Source: a virus. Taken from it: a stretch of DNA of 64,000 nucleotides. This document shows positions 52,010 through 61,694 of the stretch, piece after piece. The notes under the pieces were generated by a model. The model was given only the letters and a program-made list of their open reading frames with translations, did not search any database and was not told where the DNA came from. How positions within the stretch are numbered: position 1 is the stretch's first letter; the number at the start of each line of letters is the position of its first letter. The translations under genes were made by a program, and so were the position numbers. The stretch is from positions 1 to 64,000 of IMG/VR virus record IMGVR_UViG_3300017706_000970, one strand, 5' to 3'.

Positions 52010-53452
52010 ATGTCTAACTACGATCAAACTGCTTCGCTCGCTGAGCAAGTAAAAGCCAAGTGGGAACCAATTCTGGAACACCCAGAACTCCCAACAATTG
52101 AAGATTCATACAAGAAGAATGTCACAGCTGTTCTTCTTGAGAACCAAGAACAGTACCTTTCTGAAGCCATTCCAAACAGTGGTATGCAGAATGGTATGAT
52201 TAGTGGTATCGGCTCGAACGCACACGCTCAAGGACAGGTTCAGTCATTCGACCCAGTTCTTATCAGCCTCGTTCGTCGCTCCATGCCAAACCTCGTTGCT
52301 TATGATATCTGCGGTGTCCAGCCAATGACTGGTCCTACCGGACTTATCTTTGCAATGAAGAGTAACTACGTTGATGCAGCTGGTGCTCGTGGTGACGAAG
52401 CACTCTTCGACGAAGCTCGTACAGGTTACGCCACACGCGCTGGTGGTAAAACTGGCGAGAACGAAGCACTTACATCTGCTTCCGTCTTCGGTAATGCAGG
52501 AGCAGGTCTAACTGGTGATCCGATCGCTGACTTCGTTCATGGAGGTATTACCAACGATCTAGCCGAAAAACTCGACGGAACTGGTGCAAACGCATTCCAG
52601 CAAATGGCATTCTCCATCGAGAGAACCGCAGTTCAGGCGAAGACTCGCGCCCTCAAGGCCGAATACTCAACTGAACTCGCTCAAGACCTCCGTGCTGTTC
52701 ACGGACTTGATGCCGAGACCGAACTCGCTAACATTCTCAGCACTGAGATCCTTAGCGAAATCAACCGCGAAGTCGTTCGTACTATCCTCAAGGTTGCTAA
52801 ACTCGGTTGTCAGCAAACTGACCTCAAGGGTAAGGGTACAAATGCGGGCGTCTTCGGCGTCGCCGGCGGCGCCGGTGGTGTCTACGATATCCTCTCGGAC
52901 TCAGACGGTCGATGGTCAGCAGAACGCTTCCGTGGTCTGCTCTTCCAAATCGAACGTGAATGCAACCTCATCGCACGACAGACTCGTCGCGGTAAGGGCA
53001 ACATCGTCATCTGTTCCTCAGATGTCGCTGCTGCACTCGCACTCAGTGGATCACTTCAGTCAACCCCAATGGGTGGCGGAAGTCTCACGGTTGACGACAC
53101 AGGCAACACCTTTGTCGGTACACTCAACGGTCGTCTCAAGGTCTACATTGACCCATACGCCGACTTCAACTACTGCGTAGTAGGTTATAAGGGTGCCAGT
53201 CAGTATGACGCCGGACTCTTCTACTGCCCATACGTTCCACTACAGATGGTTCGTGCAGTCGGGGAAGATACCTTCCAGCCCAAGATCGGATTCAAGACTC
53301 GTTACGGTCTTGTCTCTAACCCATTCGTCAAGACCGCTGCAGGAACCGGAGCTGACGGTGAATCACTCAATGCTCGTCTCAACCAGTACTACCGTGCATT
53401 CAGAATTGATAACCTCCACGGTATCAACTCTGGCGGTGGTGCAACTCAGTGA
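52010..53452 (+). CDS. gp23: Major capsid protein
   Basis: LLENQE, DPVLISLVRR, GVQPMTGPTGLIFAM, RALKAEY, FQPKIGFKTRYG. Confidence 0.99.
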   Translation: MSNYDQTASLAEQVKAKWEPILEHPELPTIEDSYKKNVTAVLLENQEQYLSEAIPNSGMQNGMISGIGSNAHAQGQVQSFDPVLISLVRRSMPNLVAYDICGVQPMTGPTGLIFAMKSNYVDAAGARGDEALFDEARTGYATRAGGKTGENEALTSASVFGNAGAGLTGDPIADFVHGGITNDLAEKLDGTGANAFQQMAFSIERTAVQAKTRALKAEYSTELAQDLRAVHGLDAETELANILSTEILSEINREVVRTILKVAKLGCQQTDLKGKGTNAGVFGVAGGAGGVYDILSDSDGRWSAERFRGLLFQIERECNLIARQTRRGKGNIVICSSDVAAALALSGSLQSTPMGGGSLTVDDTGNTFVGTLNGRLKVYIDPYADFNYCVVGYKGASQYDAGLFYCPYVPLQMVRAVGEDTFQPKIGFKTRYGLVSNPFVKTAAGTGADGESLNARLNQYYRAFRIDNLHGINSGGGATQ

Positions 53453-53481
53453 TAACTGAAACTCGGACTTGATCCGACACT

Positions 53482-53519
53482 AGGAACAGGGGAGACTTCG
53501 GTCTCCCCTGTTTCTTTTT
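53482..53519 (+). terminator. Intrinsic terminator after gp23
   Basis: ACAGGGGAGAC-TTCG-GTCTCCCCTGT followed by a T-rich tract. Confidence 0.92.
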
Positions 53520-53522
53520 GTA

Positions 53523-53530
53523 TATAAATA
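53523..53530 (+). promoter_or_regulatory. T4 late promoter
   Basis: TATAAATA upstream of gp3. Confidence 0.8.
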
Positions 53531-53545
53531 TATTGGAGAAACACT

Positions 53546-54139
53546 ATGCCAAGTTACAACCAGTATGTTAAGTATGCACTTGACAGACAACCAGACAACG
53601 AAAACTTATTACAGACGACTGCGTTTAGATTCGTCATGACAAAGGCACCAGAAGTCGTATACTTCTGTCAGAGTGCGTCTGTCCCATCTATCAGCGTGAT
53701 AGACACACCAGTATTAAGTAAACATCCCACTCTTCATTTTGCAGATCCCAAATTAAATTATGATCCACTCACTCTATCATTTCTAGTAAATGAAGACATG
53801 GGTAACTGGATGGAAATATACAACTGGATGCGATCGTTCACTATTCATGATGAAACATTAGAACCAAGAAACCGATCGGAAATTCGTCTAAGTGGCATTG
53901 CAAATTCTGACGATCCTTATAGTGCCAAATCTAAACCCGGCGACCCATCAGATTACCAAGTCGATGGTACATTAGTTTTATTAAATAGTAAATCACTACC
54001 ACAAGCTTCCATAACATTTAAAGATCTTTATCCAAGCAGTCTAGGAGAACTTGATCTGAATGCTTCCGACGGCGAAGCTTCCCCAATAACATGTAGTCTC
54101 ACGTTACAATACAGAGATTATGAGGTAACAGTGTATTGA
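53546..54139 (+). CDS. gp3: Tail completion / tube terminator protein
   Basis: YFCQSASVP, FLVNEDMGNW.EIYNW, FKDLYPSSL. Confidence 0.9.
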   Translation: MPSYNQYVKYALDRQPDNENLLQTTAFRFVMTKAPEVVYFCQSASVPSISVIDTPVLSKHPTLHFADPKLNYDPLTLSFLVNEDMGNWMEIYNWMRSFTIHDETLEPRNRSEIRLSGIANSDDPYSAKSKPGDPSDYQVDGTLVLLNSKSLPQASITFKDLYPSSLGELDLNASDGEASPITCSLTLQYRDYEVTVY

Positions 54140-54164
54140 CTTACTTGCCTTTGTGGTGTATAAT
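54136..54164 (+). promoter_or_regulatory. Sigma70-type promoter for uvsY
   Basis: TTGACT-17 nt-TATAAT. Confidence 0.8.
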
Positions 54165-54170
54165 TACAGT

Positions 54171-54605
54171 ATGAACTTCGAAGATTTAAAACGACATACC
54201 GAACGAGATATGAAAGTCGATGACACTCAGTTGGATCTGGAGTCTCTTAAGATTCCACAACTCCATAATAAGTATCTCAATTTCCTACAAGAAGAACGAT
54301 TCAATCTAAAGAAGATGGGTTTCGACTTTGCTTCCTTACGAAGATCAAAGTGGGAATACTATACAGGTAAGATATCTGAAGAGGATCTCGAAGAAAAAGG
54401 ATGGGAACCCTTTGACCTTAAGATTCTGAAGTCAGATATTGACATGTATCTCGATTCTGACAACGATATGATTCTGATGAAACAGAAGATAACATATCAA
54501 GAAGAAAAAGTATTCTACTTAGAATCTGTAATTAAAGAGATCGGTCAAAGAAACTGGGAGATTCGCAATGCGATCGAATGGAGAAAGTTTGTATCCGGTT
54601 CTTAA
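54171..54605 (+). CDS. uvsY: Recombination mediator
   Basis: ESLKIPQLHNKY, WEYYTGK, IRNAIEWRKF. Confidence 0.93.
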   Translation: MNFEDLKRHTERDMKVDDTQLDLESLKIPQLHNKYLNFLQEERFNLKKMGFDFASLRRSKWEYYTGKISEEDLEEKGWEPFDLKILKSDIDMYLDSDNDMILMKQKITYQEEKVFYLESVIKEIGQRNWEIRNAIEWRKFVSGS

Positions 54606-54718
54606 TTCAAAAGATATTAAATTTTATTGATTCAGAGTTGATGATGATACTGTTTTATATCTCATCAACATTTTATTTACTGATAATGGCATGGTTGTAT
54701 CTTTCTCCTAAATAGAGA

Positions 54719-56203
54719 ATGAGTGACTTAGTTATTGAAAAGATTGATGAAGTAAATATTAGAGTTCGATGTGAACGAAGTTTCGCCAAAGAACTCTCTG
54801 ACTTCTTTACTTTCAAAGTACCTGGCCATAAGTTTATGCCTGCATATCGCAACAAGGTATGGGATGGTACTATAAAACTATACAACATGTTCTCTCAAGA
54901 GATTCACTCTGGGTTACTTGACTATGTAACTACTTTCGCCAAAGAAAGAGGTTACACTTATCAGGTAACTTTTGACACACCACATAATAAAGTCAGTGAC
55001 GATTTAGTCAAACGATACCTAACAGACACCCTAAAAATATCTGCGGGTGGTAAACTAATCGTACCGCATGATCACCAGATACGAGCCATCTCTCATGCGA
55101 TTAAACATGAACGATGTTTGTTGTTGTCTCCTACTGGATCAGGAAAGAGTCTAATCATCTACGGTCTTCTTCGACATCTCATGGAAAAAACGAACAAGAA
55201 GATTCTAATCATCGTACCTACTACTGGTTTGGTTTCACAGATGTATTCAGACTTCGAAGATTACTCTAAGATGAATGACTGGAACGTAGAAGAGAACTGT
55301 CATAAGATCTATGCGGGACAAGATAAATCCACCGATAAAAAGATCGTTATATCTACGTGGCAGAGTTTGTACAAATTACCGGCAAAATACTTCGAGGACT
55401 TCGAAATTGCCTTTGGTGATGAGTGTCATTTGTTTAAAGCCAAATCCTTGACTTCTATCATGTCGAAACTAAAGAACGCCAAGTATAGGATTGGAACTAC
55501 AGGTACACTCGACGGAGCCCTTACTCATAAGTTAGTCATCGAAGGACTGTTTGGCCCAGTGAAAGATGTGACCACTACAAAAGAACTGATGGAGAAGGAC
55601 ATTCTATCTAAATTAGAAATAGACTGCATCCTTTTAGACTACGATGACGAAGACAAGAAGTTAGTAAAGACATTGAAGTATCAAGACGAGATGAAGTGGT
55701 TGATTACAAATGACAGAAGAAACAAATTTATCTCTACTCTTGCAGGGACAACAAAGGGAAATACATTGGTGTTGTTTCAGTTTGTAGAAAATCACGGAAA
55801 ACAACTGTATGAGAAAATAAAGTTAGAGAACCAGCATAAGAAAGTGTTTCTTATTCATGGTGGCGTAGAGACAGACGACCGTGAACGTGTCCGTGGCCTC
55901 GCCGAGAAACAAAAGGACGCGGTTATCGTGGCTTCTTATGGAACATTCTCAACTGGTATCAACATCAAGAACCTCCATAACATTATTTTCGCCTCTCCTT
56001 CTAAGTCTCGCATTCGAATTCTTCAATCAATCGGAAGGCAATTGAGGAAACACGAAAGTAAGTCAGTCGCTAAACTGTTTGATATTGGAGATAATCTTCA
56101 GTGGAAAAAGAAAATGAATCACACTCTTCGTCATTTCTTCGAGCGAATCAAACTATATAAGATAGAAGAATTTATTTTTAAGACGATTAAGATAAAACTA
56201 TAG
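54719..56203 (+). CDS. uvsW: SF2 DNA helicase
   Basis: SPTGSGKS, DECH, GTTGT, QSIGR. Confidence 0.96.
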   Translation: MSDLVIEKIDEVNIRVRCERSFAKELSDFFTFKVPGHKFMPAYRNKVWDGTIKLYNMFSQEIHSGLLDYVTTFAKERGYTYQVTFDTPHNKVSDDLVKRYLTDTLKISAGGKLIVPHDHQIRAISHAIKHERCLLLSPTGSGKSLIIYGLLRHLMEKTNKKILIIVPTTGLVSQMYSDFEDYSKMNDWNVEENCHKIYAGQDKSTDKKIVISTWQSLYKLPAKYFEDFEIAFGDECHLFKAKSLTSIMSKLKNAKYRIGTTGTLDGALTHKLVIEGLFGPVKDVTTTKELMEKDILSKLEIDCILLDYDDEDKKLVKTLKYQDEMKWLITNDRRNKFISTLAGTTKGNTLVLFQFVENHGKQLYEKIKLENQHKKVFLIHGGVETDDRERVRGLAEKQKDAVIVASYGTFSTGINIKNLHNIIFASPSKSRIRILQSIGRQLRKHESKSVAKLFDIGDNLQWKKKMNHTLRHFFERIKLYKIEEFIFKTIKIKL

Positions 56204-56212
56204 GAGAATCCA

Positions 56213-56842
56213 ATGGTTGAATACAAAATACTAAAGCTTCGTTCAGGTGAAGAACTAATCAGTATTGTAAATCAAGTTGGTGCAAAAAAGATTGTCCTAG
56301 ATCGACCCATGCAAATGAAGTTGACTACAATGCACGATCCTATTACCGGTGAAATTAAAAAAGAAATGTGGGTGTTACGAGACTGGATGAATAACAGTGA
56401 AGAACTCACATGTGATATTCCACTTGATTTTGTAGTTACCACAATCAAGCCTAACCAAAAAATTATAGATCAATACGAATCAAAAAAGTTAAAGGAAGAT
56501 GAGATTGCTTCTTTGGGTATTGATCCAATAGATCCAAATAGTATACTAGAAGATCTTTACAAACAACTTGGTATTGATATGTCCACCGAAAACCTTAAAG
56601 ATAAAATAAAACCTCCTTCTTCTGAGGAGGAAATGATCATGATGAATTTTGCGATGTCTAAGAAGATGTTTGAGAAAATGATGGAAGAAGGATTCTTCGA
56701 CGAGATGGGACTCGATGATGAAATACCTTTGGACGATTTTGATTTTGATGAAGAAGAAAAAACCGACCGCACTAAAGAAGAACCCGATTGGGGTAACGAC
56801 TGGTCAGACTGGTCTGGGGATAGTGAAGACTATACTAAGTGA
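56213..56842 (+). CDS. Hypothetical protein between uvsW and gp55
   Basis: ILKLRSGEELI N-terminus typical of this syntenic position; acidic Trp-rich tail. Confidence 0.75.
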   Translation: MVEYKILKLRSGEELISIVNQVGAKKIVLDRPMQMKLTTMHDPITGEIKKEMWVLRDWMNNSEELTCDIPLDFVVTTIKPNQKIIDQYESKKLKEDEIASLGIDPIDPNSILEDLYKQLGIDMSTENLKDKIKPPSSEEEMIMMNFAMSKKMFEKMMEEGFFDEMGLDDEIPLDDFDFDEEEKTDRTKEEPDWGNDWSDWSGDSEDYTK

Positions 56843-56888
56843 ATGCTTTATAGGCTCTAGAGCTTCCCCTTTCTTTCTTAGCACACAT

Positions 56889-56916
56889 AGTGTAACCCGG
56901 ATTTAAAACCTGTCAA
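56889..56916 (-). promoter_or_regulatory. Leftward sigma70-type promoter candidate (antisense)
   Basis: Minus strand reads TTGACA-16 nt-TACACT. Confidence 0.5.
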
Positions 56917-56945
56917 GAAGAAAATCTAAAAAATATCTTATAAGG

Positions 56946-56974
56946 TTGACAATATTTGTTTTATGATGTATAAT
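56946..56974 (+). promoter_or_regulatory. Sigma70-type promoter for the gp55 operon
   Basis: TTGACA-17 nt-TATAAT. Confidence 0.9.
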
Positions 56975-57001
56975 TACATATGAATTCAAGGGAACAACAT
57001 T

Positions 57002-57574
57002 ATGGCTAAAAGAAAAACATCAAAGGGAGATCATTACATAGATAATGAAGCTTTCTTTCAAGAGATGGTAAAATGGAAAAATGATTTAAATCAAGCAGAG
57101 GAACTCGGAGATCCGAAACCTCCTGCGACTCACTACATGGGTGAGTGTTTCATGAAAATTGCTGAACGACTTTCGTACAAACCCAATTTCATGAACTACC
57201 CATTCAGGGATGAGATGATTGGTGATGCGATCGAAAACTGCTTGATGTATGCACATAACTTCAATCCAGAGAAATCTAAGAATCCATTTTCATATTTTAC
57301 TCAGATGATATATTATGCTTTCATACGCAGAATAGAAAAAGAAAAGAAACAAATATACGTCAAGTATATGATGATGGAAAAGTTAGATCATGAGAATAAG
57401 TTTACCAAGTGGGCAAATGATAATGAACTGGTAGATCCTAGTTCAAAGAATCCTTATGCTGACTATTTCAAACTCTCAGATAACGACTTAGAAAAGTACA
57501 AACCAAAGAAGAAGAAAAAGAAAACTGAAGAAACCACAGACGGTGGTACATTAGGAAAACTTTTTGAGGATTGA
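57002..57574 (+). CDS. gp55: Late-transcription sigma factor
   Basis: HYIDN, GECFMKIA, NFMNY, NFNPEKSKNPFSYFTQ, RRIEKEKKQ. Confidence 0.96.
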   Translation: MAKRKTSKGDHYIDNEAFFQEMVKWKNDLNQAEELGDPKPPATHYMGECFMKIAERLSYKPNFMNYPFRDEMIGDAIENCLMYAHNFNPEKSKNPFSYFTQMIYYAFIRRIEKEKKQIYVKYMMMEKLDHENKFTKWANDNELVDPSSKNPYADYFKLSDNDLEKYKPKKKKKKTEETTDGGTLGKLFED

Positions 57575-58623
57575 AATTGAAGCTTGCCATTATAAATGAT
57601 ACGCACTTTGGTGCAAGAAATGATTCACAGTTGTTTTTGGATCAGTCATTCAAGTTTTTTGAAGAACAGTTTTTCCCGTACTGTAAAGAGAACAACATCA
57701 CAACGGTTTTGCATCTTGGAGATTTCCTTGATCGCCGAAAGTTTGTGAACTTTAATACTCTCTCGCAGGTACGCACTCGATTTATTGATAAGATTAACGA
57801 GTATGGAATACAAGTACACTGTATTCTTGGAAACCACGACACATACTACAGAAACACAAACAGAATTAATTCTATTCGTGAGTTGTTTTCTGACACTGAT
57901 AATTTTCATCTGTATGAAGATCCGATCGAACTAGAGTTTGGTGGGTTGTGTATTGGTATGGTCCCTTGGATAAACAAGAACAACACCGAACAATGTATTG
58001 ACTTCATCAAGAACTCGACCTGTCCTATTATGGCTGGTCATTTTGAACTAGATGGTTATGAAGTTATGCGTGGGGTTAAGTATGACGGTGGATTGAACGA
58101 CAAACTGTTTAGTAGATGCGAAATGGTTCTGTCTGGACACTTTCATTCGAAGTACAGTAAGAATAATGTTCACTATCTTGGTACGCAATATCAATTAACC
58201 TTTAGTGATTTAAACGTCAAGAAAGGTTTCCATGTATTGGATACGGAGACCAGAGATCTGAGGTTCGTTGAGAACCCCGTGAACGTCTTTCACGCGATTA
58301 CATATGAAGAAGACGAGGATATGTTGGAACGTGATTATTCTAAGTACGAAAACTCATATGTTAAGGTGTATGTTTTTGAGAAAAATAATCCATATCTGTT
58401 TGACAAGTTCTTGGACAAACTGTATGATGTGAAGGTTGCAAATCTAACAGTCATTGAAGACATGGGTGTGGATCATACCGAAGAAGATTCTTTGGACATA
58501 TCTAAGGACACTGTTTCAATTATCAATGATGAAGTAGATATAATGACTAATGTTCCAGATGAACAAAAGTCAAGAATCAAATCGTTAATGCGTGAACTTT
58601 ATATGGAGAGTCTTTCGTTATGA
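57571..58623 (+). CDS. gp47: Recombination endonuclease subunit (Mre11/SbcD-like)
   Basis: DTHFG, HLGD, GNHD, SGHFH; TTG start. Confidence 0.95.
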   Translation: MKLKLAIINDTHFGARNDSQLFLDQSFKFFEEQFFPYCKENNITTVLHLGDFLDRRKFVNFNTLSQVRTRFIDKINEYGIQVHCILGNHDTYYRNTNRINSIRELFSDTDNFHLYEDPIELEFGGLCIGMVPWINKNNTEQCIDFIKNSTCPIMAGHFELDGYEVMRGVKYDGGLNDKLFSRCEMVLSGHFHSKYSKNNVHYLGTQYQLTFSDLNVKKGFHVLDTETRDLRFVENPVNVFHAITYEEDEDMLERDYSKYENSYVKVYVFEKNNPYLFDKFLDKLYDVKVANLTVIEDMGVDHTEEDSLDISKDTVSIINDEVDIMTNVPDEQKSRIKSLMRELYMESLSL

Positions 58624-59186
58624 ATATCTTTGTACTGGACAAAGATCCTAAAATCTCAGCACAAATGATGTGTGATAAGCACGTTGTAAAAATGATTGTC
58701 GAATCAGCTCAAATGCTTTCGACTGTTCATCGTTATCTAGACGGTACAGAATACATTTCTTACAGTAAGAATGGTCGCCGAATTAAACGGTGGAGTCATG
58801 ATACAGATCGATCCGGCTCTGAAATGAAATTATTTAAGTCGGTCATGTTGAACCATCCCTGTACTATATGGACTAGAGAATCTCTGGCTAATTATTGTTG
58901 GTTGTCTTGTCATGCACTAAACCTATGTCGTGAATATACTCGTCGATACAACCGACATCACAAAACAGAAGGTCTAGTGAAGTGGTTTATGAAGAACTAC
59001 CCCAATAAATTGTACGGGTTTCATCTAACGGAATTTGCACAGGCAATGCCTGATGAATACAAGGTAGAAGGAAATGCACCACAGGCCTATCGAAATTATT
59101 ACATGGGCGAGAAGAGTGGGTTTGCTAAATGGACTAATCGACTGGTTCCAGATTGGTGGTCGTTAACGGAGGATGTTCCTGCATGA
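58620..59186 (+). CDS. Pyrimidine-dimer DNA glycosylase family protein
   Basis: MNIFVLD..CDKHVVKMIVESAQMLST..NHPCTIW..QAMPDEY..AYRNYY. Confidence 0.9.
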   Translation: MNIFVLDKDPKISAQMMCDKHVVKMIVESAQMLSTVHRYLDGTEYISYSKNGRRIKRWSHDTDRSGSEMKLFKSVMLNHPCTIWTRESLANYCWLSCHALNLCREYTRRYNRHHKTEGLVKWFMKNYPNKLYGFHLTEFAQAMPDEYKVEGNAPQAYRNYYMGEKSGFAKWTNRLVPDWWSLTEDVPA

Positions 59187-60904
59187 TAAATTTTAAAACC
59201 GTTAGGTTCCGAAACTTCGGGTCTTTCGGTAACAACGAAACAGAAATAAATTTAGACAAACATAACTTTGTTCTCGTGTCTGGAAACAATGGACACGGTA
59301 AATCGTTTGCTTTGTTGGACTCTATTACCTTTGCTTTGTTTGGTAAACCGTTTAGAAAAATCAATATTCCTCAGTTGACTAACAGTGTAAATCAGAAGGA
59401 CTGCATGGTCGAGGTTGATTTTCTTATTGGAACAGATGAATATACAATTCGTCGTGGACTAAAGCCAAAGATCTTTGAGATATTCAAGGATGGGAAGATG
59501 ATTGATCAGTCTGCAAAGGCTAAAGATTATCAACGAATGCTCGAAGAACAAATTCTCAAGATGAACTATAAGTCATTTACTCAGGTGGTGATTCTTGGTA
59601 GTTCGTCGTTTGTTCCGTTTATGCAATTGACAGCCGCTGATAGAAGAAGTGTCATTGAAGACATTCTTGATATTAATGTTTTCTCTCTGATGAATGGAAT
59701 TCTGAAGACGAGAGTCTTAACACTAAAAGAAGAAGAAAGAGAACTGGGATATGAAATTAGTATTGCGAAAGAAAAAATCGACATACAACACAAACATATC
59801 AAGAAAGTCCAAGACAAAAGTCAAGAATCAATCAATGAAATACAAGAGGACATTAAAACGATTATCAACGAGGCGCAAGAGGTAAGAACTTCTATGAGTT
59901 CGATTGAGATTGGAATTGATGAACTAAAAAATCAGATAACCAATAAAGATTCTGTAGTGTCTTCTTTGGGTAAAATTAATAAACTCAAGGATAGTATTGA
60001 TAAGAATATTCAAACCACAGAGAAGGATATTAAGTTCTACATTGATAATCAAAATTGCCCAACGTGTCATCAACATATAGAAGATGATCACCGAGAAGAA
60101 ATGATTGAAGATAAAAGAAACAAGAAGTCTGAATATACCGATGGTCTATCTAAAATTAATTTGAAACTAGAAGAACTTTCCGGCGAACTCACTGTGGTTC
60201 AAGAAGTGATGTCTGATATTGTAAAGAAAGAAAAAGAACTTTCCGAACTGAATACAGAACTTTCTATTAAGAAGGATCGTATTGACAATGCTAATAAAAG
60301 AATCAGTAGTATAAAGTCCAAGGACACGGACGACACGCAGGAAAATGAAAGACTTAAAGAATTAGTAAAGGAACTAGCTGATCTGGATTCTGTTCACGAA
60401 TCGAATACCTCCCAGATGCACGACTACGGAATTGTATCTGGTCTCTTGAAGGACAGTGGAATTAAGTCAAAGATCATCAAGTATTATTTGCCTATTATGA
60501 ATAGGTTGATCAATAAGTATCTTGGATCGATGGACTTCTTCGCACAGTTTCATTTGGATGAAAACTTCAACGAGACAATTAAATCTAGACATCGAGACGA
60601 ATTCAGTTATATGAGTTTCAGTGAAGGTGAAAAGATGAGAATTGATTTGGCTTTGCTTCTGTCTTGGAGAGAAGTCGCAAGACTAAAGAACAGTGCGAAT
60701 ACCAATCTCCTTATTTTAGATGAAGTTTTTGATTCATCTTTGGATAGTATGGGTACAGATGAGTTTATGAAACTGCTATATAATTTGGGTAAAAAAGTAA
60801 ATGTATTCATCATCTCTCACAGGACTGATCAACTGTCAGACAAATTTGAACATACGATCACCTTTGAGAAGAAGAACAATTTCAGTCGAATCATTCGAAC
60901 TTAA
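59183..60904 (+). CDS. gp46: Recombination ATPase subunit (Rad50/SbcC-like)
   Basis: GNNGHGKS, CPTC zinc hook, FSEGEK, LDEVFD, ISH. Confidence 0.97.
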   Translation: MINFKTVRFRNFGSFGNNETEINLDKHNFVLVSGNNGHGKSFALLDSITFALFGKPFRKINIPQLTNSVNQKDCMVEVDFLIGTDEYTIRRGLKPKIFEIFKDGKMIDQSAKAKDYQRMLEEQILKMNYKSFTQVVILGSSSFVPFMQLTAADRRSVIEDILDINVFSLMNGILKTRVLTLKEEERELGYEISIAKEKIDIQHKHIKKVQDKSQESINEIQEDIKTIINEAQEVRTSMSSIEIGIDELKNQITNKDSVVSSLGKINKLKDSIDKNIQTTEKDIKFYIDNQNCPTCHQHIEDDHREEMIEDKRNKKSEYTDGLSKINLKLEELSGELTVVQEVMSDIVKKEKELSELNTELSIKKDRIDNANKRISSIKSKDTDDTQENERLKELVKELADLDSVHESNTSQMHDYGIVSGLLKDSGIKSKIIKYYLPIMNRLINKYLGSMDFFAQFHLDENFNETIKSRHRDEFSYMSFSEGEKMRIDLALLLSWREVARLKNSANTNLLILDEVFDSSLDSMGTDEFMKLLYNLGKKVNVFIISHRTDQLSDKFEHTITFEKKNNFSRIIRT

Positions 60905-60916
60905 AAGAGGAATCCG

Positions 60917-61693
60917 ATGACCATAAACAATGTTCGGGAAGATTGGTATTCTCAGCACCGAAAGAAAATTATGGATCATTTTAAAATTGCCAAACCCCTA
61001 TCCAATAGGGTTAAAAAGTATCAGTCCCCAACGGGTAAGTATACTGTGGTAGTGACTCCAGTAGAATTTAGATTTAGAAATAAGAAAACAAAATATATTT
61101 ACACTATTGGTACTGTCTACCAAGATGGTAAAATGATATTCAACGTCCATAGAAACGCTCCTGATTTTCCATACCTCTTCGTAGAGGATCATGAAGATGG
61201 GTTTGATTATCTTCTCTGTGCAGAAGACAATCAGGCTAGAACCGTTGTTCAATTGAACACATCTAAAGCCAGATCTTTCATCAGTGAGAAATCCCAACGA
61301 GGTATAGAATTCTGTTGGCAGAAATTACACACCTCGGAAAATGCCAAAGTTATTGCCGTTGAGGGGTATGTAAAACACAAACCAAAAGATAAACTAGAGT
61401 ACAGAGAAATAAGATTTTACAAATTTTCTGATATTATGGACTTGCCATGGAAGGAAATTGGTGAGAGAATAAATTTTCCTTACGAGGAATTCATCTCTTG
61501 GGAAAATGATTCTCATTACACACTTGCCATTCATGAAGAAGTAAGGTATACTGATGATATGAAAGTTACCGATTTAACTCAAGCTGAGAGAAAGAACTCT
61601 CTTCTGAAAGATGAAATTCGTTTGAAGAAGATATTTTATAAGTTTCCCCTACAAGAAGGAATTCGAGAAGAAGTTTACTCTGAGTGGATCTAA
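60917..61693 (+). CDS. Hypothetical protein
   Basis: 258-aa ORF with SD GAGGA. Confidence 0.7.
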   Translation: MTINNVREDWYSQHRKKIMDHFKIAKPLSNRVKKYQSPTGKYTVVVTPVEFRFRNKKTKYIYTIGTVYQDGKMIFNVHRNAPDFPYLFVEDHEDGFDYLLCAEDNQARTVVQLNTSKARSFISEKSQRGIEFCWQKLHTSENAKVIAVEGYVKHKPKDKLEYREIRFYKFSDIMDLPWKEIGERINFPYEEFISWENDSHYTLAIHEEVRYTDDMKVTDLTQAERKNSLLKDEIRLKKIFYKFPLQEGIREEVYSEWI

Positions 61694-61694
61694 A

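Noticed and set aside
52584-53459. Long alternative-frame ORFs inside gp23 (198 and 88 aa)
   Set aside because: Ser-rich shadow frames expected from the strong codon bias of gp23; no SD or slippery site noticed.
54637-54669. AT-rich hairpin between uvsY and uvsW
   Set aside because: Most simply a weak terminator or processing stem; too little evidence for a separate RNA.
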